A stretch of 64,000 nucleotides of DNA from Candidatus Zixiibacteriota bacterium (lineage in GTDB: Bacteria; Zixibacteria; MSB-5A5; UBA10806; 4484-95): positions 32,001 through 96,000 of the forward strand of contig JBBIRK010000005.1 in NCBI GenBank assembly GCA_037441845.1, written 5' to 3'. The notes beneath the pieces were generated by a model that saw only the letters and a list, made by a program, of their open reading frames with translations, ran no database searches and was not told the DNA's origin. This document shows positions 57,782-64,000 of the stretch, in pieces (within the stretch, counting starts at the first letter, position 1; the number at the start of each line of letters is the position of its first letter). The position numbers and the translations under genes are program-made.

Positions 57782-58420
57782 ATGCGTTGCAAGCTGATAT
57801 TTCTCGGATTGTTGTCGGCGGCATATATATTTACATTCATCGGCGACGGCTCCGCGATCCAGGTAGTCGGAGGCAATAACTACTCGACTCATTCATACGA
57901 ACAAACCCAACCGGCGCCGCCTCCCCCCGAGGAGATCCTGCCGGTCATAATCCATCACCCGGTAAGCGAGATACCATCGGGGAAAGATTTCATCATAACC
58001 GCGGATATTCGCGAAATCGGCATGGGCACGCCGATAATCCACTACCGATTCGGAGACAGCAAGAAGTACATAACCAACGTGCTTAAGCCGAAATCGCCGA
58101 ATAATTACGAGTTCAAAATTCTGGCGGCAGCCCTCACCGATAAGAAAATCGAATATTATATCGAGGTCATCACGGGGTCGCGGGTTCTGGCGACTTATCG
58201 CAGCGCCGAAAATCCGGTGGTTGTCTCCATTAAGTCTTCGGGGGGCGGCAATTCGCTTTTGATAATCGGCATTTTGTTGGGCATAGCGATAGTGGGGATA
58301 AAGGTCGCCTCCGCGGCAAATTCGGGCGGCAAGAATCAAGTCAGGTCCGAAACCAGAGGCAATAAAACTTTCAGCAAAGCGGGCAATAAAAATCAAGTGT
58401 TGAAAGCGATACGAAGATAA
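57782..58420 (+). CDS. Hypothetical exported protein with Ig-like domain and C-terminal TM anchor
   Basis: SD GAGGAGG; signal peptide, Pro-rich linker, IIHHP...YYIEV module, TM plus basic tail. Confidence 0.7.
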   Translation: MRCKLIFLGLLSAAYIFTFIGDGSAIQVVGGNNYSTHSYEQTQPAPPPPEEILPVIIHHPVSEIPSGKDFIITADIREIGMGTPIIHYRFGDSKKYITNVLKPKSPNNYEFKILAAALTDKKIEYYIEVITGSRVLATYRSAENPVVVSIKSSGGGNSLLIIGILLGIAIVGIKVASAANSGGKNQVRSETRGNKTFSKAGNKNQVLKAIRR

Positions 58421-58450
58421 CCTTTGTCTGCGTCCTCGGTTAAGCCGACG

Positions 58451-58476
58451 AAAACGCCGGGCGGAACCCCGGCGTT
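58451..58476. terminator. Bidirectional terminator between the pilin cassette and fumarase genes
   Basis: AAAACGCCGGG-CGGAAC-CCCGGCGTT between convergent genes. Confidence 0.65.
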
Positions 58477-58531
58477 ACTATTTTGAATCCGATTCGGCCT
58501 AAACGTAAAATCGACCGGCGAACAATTCGCG

Positions 58532-59086
58532 CTACTCCTTGCTGTATTTTTTAACGCCGGCCACATAAATATTATCGCCGTAACAATCCTGCGCGACGAT
58601 GGCCGGAAAATCTTTAACCTTCAACCGCCTGACCGCCTCCGCCCCCAGATCTTCATAGGCCACCAATTCGACCTCGGTAATTTTTTCGGCTATGAGAGCA
58701 CCCGCACCACCCACGGCCACCATATATACGGCTTTATGCTTCTTCAACGCCTCCACGACGCCCGCGCCCATCTCACCCTTTCCTACCATCCCCTTGAGAC
58801 CGGCGGCGATCATTTTCGGCGAATAAGCGTTCATCCTCCCCGATGTCGTCGGCCCCGCGGAATTTATCACCTGCCCCGGTTTGGCGGGAGCTGGGCCTAC
58901 GAAATAAATGATCTGCCCTTTGATATCGAACGGCAACTGCTCACCCTTATCGAGCAATTCGGTCATTCGTTTGTGCGCGGCGTCACGGGCGGTGTAAAGA
59001 TAACCTGATATCAACACCCTGTCGCCGGCTCTCAGACCTGCAACCGTTTCATCGTTCAACGGAGTTTGAATTTTCTTGTATTCCAT
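58532..59086 (-). CDS. Fe-S fumarate/tartrate hydratase beta subunit
   Basis: LYTARDAAHKR, AGPTTSGRM, GKG, DLGAEA; ATG at 59086. Confidence 0.92.
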   Translation of the reverse strand: MEYKKIQTPLNDETVAGLRAGDRVLISGYLYTARDAAHKRMTELLDKGEQLPFDIKGQIIYFVGPAPAKPGQVINSAGPTTSGRMNAYSPKMIAAGLKGMVGKGEMGAGVVEALKKHKAVYMVAVGGAGALIAEKITEVELVAYEDLGAEAVRRLKVKDFPAIVAQDCYGDNIYVAGVKKYSKE

Positions 59087-59094
59087 GCCGCACC

Positions 59095-59934
59095 TCAAAT
59101 GACGATGGTTTTGTGACGAGCCGAATGGCATTGAGTATTGACGGCCACCGGCAGACTGGCTATATGGCAGGGTGCCGCCTCTATATGCACGGCGATAGCC
59201 GTGATTCTTCCGCCGAGTCCCTGTGGACCCACGCCCGTGTTGTTTATTTTTTCGAGAAGTTTAGATTCCATCTCCGCATAGTAAGGATCCGCGTGTCGGC
59301 TTCCCACCGGCCGCAAAAGTGCATGTTTGGCGATTTTTGCTACGAGGTCGAAAGATCCTCCGATACCCACGCCGACGATGAGCGGAGGGCAGGGATTTCC
59401 CCCGGCTATGCGGATTGTTTCGACCACGAAATCAATCACCCCCTGTTCGCCATCGGAAGGTTTGAGCATCTTTATCCGACTCATGTTTTCGGAACCGCCG
59501 CCTTTGGGCAGAATCGTAAGCTCGATTTTATCTCCGGGCACGAGCGTGGTCGATACGACGGCGGGCGTGTTGTCACCGGTATTTTTACGGCGCAGCGGGT
59601 CGGCCACGATCGACTTGCGCAAATACCCTTCCTGATACCCCTGCCTTACCCCCTCTTGCACAGCCTCGTTGAAATCGCCGTTTATATGCACATCCTGGCC
59701 GATTGAGGCGAAGATGACGGCCAACCCCGTATCCTGACAAAGAGGCATCTTCTTTTCCGCGGCGATCGAAGCATTTTGAATGATCTGATCGATTATTTCC
59801 CGGCCGAGGGGTGATTCTTCCTGAAGCTTATACTTCTTAAGCGCCTCCAGCACATCCTCTCCGAGATAATAATTCGCCTGCATACAAAGTTCTTTTATCG
59901 CCGCTGTAATTTTCCCCGAATCCACTTCACGCAT
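59095..59934 (-). CDS. Fe-S fumarate/tartrate hydratase alpha subunit
   Basis: PLCQDTG, NTGDNTP, PKGGGSENMS, GNPCPP, GPQGLGG, HIASLPV...CHSARH. Confidence 0.93.
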   Translation of the reverse strand: MREVDSGKITAAIKELCMQANYYLGEDVLEALKKYKLQEESPLGREIIDQIIQNASIAAEKKMPLCQDTGLAVIFASIGQDVHINGDFNEAVQEGVRQGYQEGYLRKSIVADPLRRKNTGDNTPAVVSTTLVPGDKIELTILPKGGGSENMSRIKMLKPSDGEQGVIDFVVETIRIAGGNPCPPLIVGVGIGGSFDLVAKIAKHALLRPVGSRHADPYYAEMESKLLEKINNTGVGPQGLGGRITAIAVHIEAAPCHIASLPVAVNTQCHSARHKTIVI

Positions 59935-59937
59935 AAT

Positions 59938-60585
59938 TCATCCTTTTATTAGTTCTATAATCGCATTCATCATATTCTCGCAATCCGCCGCCACCTCCGT
60001 GGGCCGGTTAGAGGCAAATTGGCCTCCAGAAGTGACCAGATGATTGGTTTCGTCTATTATGACCTCGGTCGGTCGAGTAACCACCGCCTGAGCGCCACAA
60101 GCCTCGATTCCGGTTTGCAACATGGGATCGTTTCCGACCGTAACCACTGCACCGCTGCCGGTGAGTCCCTGAATTGATTTGACCAGGATCGGAACGGCAT
60201 AGCCAAAAGCTCCGATCGGTAAACCCCTTCGAAACGCACGCCTCAAGAACTCCCGCATCCCGGGATCGACTCCGAAAGCGATACCCGCGGTTCGAAAATT
60301 ACAATACAGATCGAAATCCCGCGCCCCTATACAAATTATTAGAGCTTGCAAAGAGCTCGTTTTGACTTCGGAAGCGGCTTGAACATCCATCCGGCTGAAT
60401 TGCGACAGAATCGCCCGCCGTTCCTCGGATTTTTGGGCATCCTCGCCGGCGGGGAATTGAACTATCGGCAAACGCAGCAAATTGTGCAGGTCGATCTGAT
60501 AGTATATGAAAGTCGTTTCCCACGGCGTCTCAGCCGAGGCCATGACGCCGATCCTCCTGGGAATTCTGCTGCGTAAACCGGACAT
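59938..60585 (-). CDS. ElbB/DJ-1-PfpI-like protein, divergent
   Basis: C-terminal half (PIGAFGYA...TVGND...EACGA...IIDETNHLVTS) follows the ElbB pattern; conserved Cys absent. Confidence 0.6.
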   Translation of the reverse strand: MSGLRSRIPRRIGVMASAETPWETTFIYYQIDLHNLLRLPIVQFPAGEDAQKSEERRAILSQFSRMDVQAASEVKTSSLQALIICIGARDFDLYCNFRTAGIAFGVDPGMREFLRRAFRRGLPIGAFGYAVPILVKSIQGLTGSGAVVTVGNDPMLQTGIEACGAQAVVTRPTEVIIDETNHLVTSGGQFASNRPTEVAADCENMMNAIIELIKG

Positions 60586-60767
60586 TGATTAAATTAACTT
60601 GGAAAAGGATTATAGGCGGGTTTCTCGATGGATATTTCAGAAATCGGAATCTCCAAAAGGCAACCGATTTCATTATTATCCCTGGCCCGAATCAAGATCG
60701 TCTTCTTCGCCTGAGTTATCAGTCCGCCGCACCGGGAACGGACGACAGTATCGGAACTTATCGATGG

Positions 60768-61019
60768 CTAAGGTGTTATGGATACTTTCTTCTTATCCTT
60801 GCCGACCCGGGAAAACGTGATCAAGCCTTCCTTGAGCGCAAAGAGAGTATTATCTTTGCCTATTCCCACATTCGTGCCCGGATAAATTCGCGTGCCCCTT
60901 TGGCGGATAATTATCGTACCGGCACTTACGCGCTGGCCACCATAGACTTTGACGCCCAGTCTTTGGCCGTTCGAATCACGTCCGTTGCGCGAGGAGCCGA
61001 CGCCTTTTTTATGAGCCAT
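60768..61019 (-). CDS. rpmA: 50S ribosomal protein L27
   Basis: [16 protein letters not shown]...RQRGT. Confidence 0.98.
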   Translation of the reverse strand: MAHKKGVGSSRNGRDSNGQRLGVKVYGGQRVSAGTIIIRQRGTRIYPGTNVGIGKDNTLFALKEGLITFSRVGKDKKKVSITP

Positions 61020-61062
61020 AGTTACCCCTTCTCATCCTAATCTTAAACATAATCAGCACATC

Positions 61063-61090
61063 AATATACGTTTCGCCGCTTCCAACGCAA
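61063..61090 (-). promoter_or_regulatory. Putative sigma-70 promoter of rpmA
   Basis: TTGCGT-16nt-TATATT. Confidence 0.45.
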
Positions 61091-61128
61091 CAACTATTTA
61101 TGCGTCGCTGCGAAATTGAAGACGAAGC

Positions 61129-63597
61129 CTATATCGCCTTTTCCGGCTCAGGCAGTTTGCTGTCCTTAATCGGCTGAAGCTTGAAAGTCAACTTATCATC
61201 GTCGCCAAGATGATCGACGTCGACGTGGCAGTTGCCGGAAGCGAGATCGGCTCGCAACAGCTCTTCGGCCAGAGGATCCTCGATATAGCGCTGAATTGCC
61301 CGCTTGAGTGGCCGGGCTCCAAAATTCGGGTCGAATCCCTTGTCGGCGAGGAAATTTTTCGCATTAGTGGTAAGCGAGAATTCAATTCCCTTTTCTTTAA
61401 GCCGCTTCTCGACATCGGCCAGCAAAATTCCGATGATCTCGAGGATATCCGACTTCGTAAGCGGATGGAAAATAATCGTTTCATCGATTCGGTTCAGCAA
61501 TTCCGGATTGAACGTGCGTTTAAGTTCCTCGAGGATGCGTCCGCGCATGCCGTCGTAGTCCGACTTGGCGTCCATTTTCTGGAAACCGAGGGATTTGCCG
61601 ACCTTGGCCTCCCGCGTACCCATATTCGAGGTCATGATCACGACCGTGTTGCGGAAATCGACCTTGCGGCCGAATGAATCCGTGAGCTGGCCGTCGTCCA
61701 GCATCTGCAGCAAAATATTATAAACGTCCGGATGAGCTTTTTCGATTTCATCGAGGAGAACCACGGAATACGGCCGTCGTCTGACTTTTTCGGTCAACTG
61801 ACCGCCCTCTTCGTAGCCGACGTAACCCGGGGGCGCCCCGATCAACCTCGAAACCGAGAATTTTTCCATATATTCGGACATATCTATGCGCACCAGAGCT
61901 TCGTCGTCTTCGAATAGGAATGAGGCCAAAGCTTTCGCCAGCTCCGTCTTGCCTACACCGGTCGGTCCGAGGAAGATGAACGAGCCGATCGGTTTGCGCG
62001 GATCTTTGAGGCCGGCGCGGGTTCGCCGAATCGCTTTGGAAATGGCCTCGATAGCCTCCCGCTGGCCCACGATTCTCTTGGTAAGTTCTTCTTCCATCCT
62101 GAGAAGCTTTTGCGATTCACGCTCCTCGAGTTTGAACAATGGGATGCCGGTCATTTTTGAAATCACCGCGGCGATATCCTCGGACTTGATCTCGATCCGC
62201 TGTTTGGCTCTTCTTTCTTCCCATTCCTTTTTCTGCGATTCTAGTTGTTCCTTCTTGATTTTGATACTATCGCGAAGGTGGGCCGCTTTTTCGAATTCCT
62301 GATTCTTAACCGCGGCGTCTTTTTGCTTGGTCAACTCGATAATTTCGTCTTCGAGATGATTGAATGTCTCGGGCTTGGTGAAAGCGTTCAGATGAGCCCG
62401 GCTGCCGGCTTCATCGATGACGTCTATAGCCTTATCCGGCTGAAATCTGCCGGATATATATCGATCCGACAACATCACCGCCGAATGAATCGCCTCATCG
62501 GTGATTATCACCTTATGGTGCTCTTCGTATTTCGACCTTAGCCCTTTCAGAATGGCGATGGTGGCTTCGCTGGAAGGTGGATTGACCATGACGGTCTGGA
62601 AACGCCGATCGAGCGCCCCATCCTTTTCGATATATTTGCGATATTCGTTCAGCGTGGTCGCGCCAATACATTGCAGTTCGCCGCGCGACAAGGCCGGTTT
62701 GAATATATTCGAGGCGTCAAGGCTGCCCTCGGCCCCGCCCGCGCCGACGATCGTGTGCAACTCATCTATGAATATGATGACATCGTGCGAATTCACTATC
62801 TCGTTCATCACTGCTTTAAGGCGCTCTTCGAATTGCCCCCTGTATTTAGTGCCGGCAACCAGCGAGGCCATATCGAGAGTCACGATGCGCTTGTTTTCGA
62901 GAGTCTGCGGTACTTTGCCTTCGACGATGCGCTGAGCCAAGCCCTCGGCGATAGCGGTTTTTCCGACCCCGGGTTCGCCTATCAGCACGGGGTTGTTTTT
63001 CTTACGCCGCGATAATATCTGGCTCACCCGTTCGATTTCATCGTCCCGACCGATTATCGGATCGAGTTTGCCCCGCCGGGCGAGCTCGGTCAAATCGCGT
63101 CCGAAATGATCGAGCGCCGGAGTTTTGGACTTCTTTCTTTTTTTGCCGAAAGATGACGGCTTGCCCGATTGGATATTTTTAAGTTCTTCGTAAACTTCTT
63201 TATAGTCGATATCGTACATCGACAGTACCTGCGACGCCACGCCTTCTTCGTCTTTCAGCAACGCCAGCAGGATATGCTCGGTGTCGATATCTTTGGAGCG
63301 CAACGCCCTGGCCTCGTTCCCCGAGACCTCGAGCGTCTTTTTCGCTCTGGCGGTGAGCGGTAGTTGCCCCATTTGCATGGTGCCGCCCGATGGCTGAACG
63401 ATGTCCTCGATACTTTTTTTCAAGTCACCGAGTTCGACACCGATATTCTGCAAAATCTCCACCGCCAGTCCTTCACCAAGCCGCACCAGGCCGAGCAGCA
63501 GATGCTCGGTGCCGATATAATCATGTTTCAGCCGGGCGGCCTCGTCACGCGCATATTCGATTGCCTTGCGGGCACGTTCGGTGAACATCTCATTCAT
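61129..63597 (-). CDS. clpC: ATP-dependent Clp protease ATPase ClpC
   Basis: Two Clp-N repeats; AAA1 [11 protein letters not shown]-type coiled coil; AAA2 [11 protein letters not shown] ClpP-binding loop; follows mcsB. Confidence 0.96.
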   Translation of the reverse strand: MNEMFTERARKAIEYARDEAARLKHDYIGTEHLLLGLVRLGEGLAVEILQNIGVELGDLKKSIEDIVQPSGGTMQMGQLPLTARAKKTLEVSGNEARALRSKDIDTEHILLALLKDEEGVASQVLSMYDIDYKEVYEELKNIQSGKPSSFGKKRKKSKTPALDHFGRDLTELARRGKLDPIIGRDDEIERVSQILSRRKKNNPVLIGEPGVGKTAIAEGLAQRIVEGKVPQTLENKRIVTLDMASLVAGTKYRGQFEERLKAVMNEIVNSHDVIIFIDELHTIVGAGGAEGSLDASNIFKPALSRGELQCIGATTLNEYRKYIEKDGALDRRFQTVMVNPPSSEATIAILKGLRSKYEEHHKVIITDEAIHSAVMLSDRYISGRFQPDKAIDVIDEAGSRAHLNAFTKPETFNHLEDEIIELTKQKDAAVKNQEFEKAAHLRDSIKIKKEQLESQKKEWEERRAKQRIEIKSEDIAAVISKMTGIPLFKLEERESQKLLRMEEELTKRIVGQREAIEAISKAIRRTRAGLKDPRKPIGSFIFLGPTGVGKTELAKALASFLFEDDEALVRIDMSEYMEKFSVSRLIGAPPGYVGYEEGGQLTEKVRRRPYSVVLLDEIEKAHPDVYNILLQMLDDGQLTDSFGRKVDFRNTVVIMTSNMGTREAKVGKSLGFQKMDAKSDYDGMRGRILEELKRTFNPELLNRIDETIIFHPLTKSDILEIIGILLADVEKRLKEKGIEFSLTTNAKNFLADKGFDPNFGARPLKRAIQRYIEDPLAEELLRADLASGNCHVDVDHLGDDDKLTFKLQPIKDSKLPEPEKAI

Positions 63598-63626
63598 AAG
63601 TCAACCTCTCCCTGATTGGCGAATAG

Positions 63627-64000
63627 TCATTCCCTAAGCGCTTCCCTTACCAGTTCGGCTCTTACCATATCCCGCTCCGTCGGATCCATCTCCCGATTGT
63701 AATATTTTTGAAGATGCGCGGGCTGGGTAATTATAAGAAGATGGTTAATTTTATCGATCGAAACTTTGTCGATCAAATTCAAACTGATTCCCAAACGCAG
63801 CGCCGAAAGCAGGTTCATCACCTCGCCGGAGGTAAGCACACGGGCGTGCAACAGGATGCCGTACGATCTCCAGACTTTGTCCTCGATCTGGTCCGGGGCG
63901 TCTTTCATCAAGGTTTCCTGCGAGTTGGTTTCATATTCGATTATCTGCTGCGTCACTTTGGCCAAAGAATCGATTATCTCTTCCTCGGAACGGCCCAGGG
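63627..64000 (-). CDS. mcsB: Protein arginine kinase McsB, 3' part (gene starts outside the window)
   Basis: LGRSEEEII...EDKVWRSYGIL...LSALRLG...QPAHLQ...RDMVRA; directly upstream of clpC. Confidence 0.9.
   Translation of the reverse strand, partial: LGRSEEEIIDSLAKVTQQIIEYETNSQETLMKDAPDQIEDKVWRSYGILLHARVLTSGEVMNLLSALRLGISLNLIDKVSIDKINHLLIITQPAHLQKYYNREMDPTERDMVRAELVREALRE

Noticed and set aside
60586..60620. Leaderless promoter for the ElbB-like gene (TAATTT 5 nt before the ATG)
   Set aside because: No credible -35; could be chance in AT-rich sequence
1..64000. tRNA, rRNA, CRISPR arrays, IS elements, known riboswitches
   Set aside because: The larger intergenic regions were read by eye and none showed cloverleafs, spaced direct repeats, transposases or a riboswitch consensus; a covariance-model scan was not possible

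Overview
A gene-dense bacterial chromosomal segment from a diderm organism. PorV, T9SS-type C-terminal domains, BamD, LptD and a C-terminal dockerin-like module suggest an FCB-group lineage, most likely candidate division Zixibacteria (inference). I found no rRNA, tRNA, CRISPR array or mobile element. From 17.9 to 64 kb the window is mostly housekeeping genes: an aminotransferase, ftsK-lolA-rimO-slt-bamD-nadD-polA-coaE, argF, lptD, xerC-hslVU, NFACT, yicC-gmk-rpoZ-topA, sdhDCAB, a two-subunit fumarase, rpmA and mcsB-clpC. Accessory genes in that stretch encode a beta-propeller/dockerin-like surface protein, an S8 protease, a sigma-54-linked RNase H-like protein lacking catalytic residues, and a sigma-54-linked minor-pilin cassette. 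The most notable feature is the 17.5-kb minus-strand block at 1-17.5 kb. An outer-membrane module (TonB-dependent transporter, CTD-bearing partner, PorV paralogue, two lipoproteins) sits directly upstream of a tightly packed operon: dacB, lysA, alr, ykfC-like, C39 peptidase, ldcA, dipeptide epimerase and a probable amidase. Together these enzymes could break peptidoglycan stem peptides down to L-amino acids, making this a candidate peptidoglycan-utilisation locus. A strong hairpin between the two halves means co-transcription is not established. All calls come from reading motifs by eye; no database searches were run.
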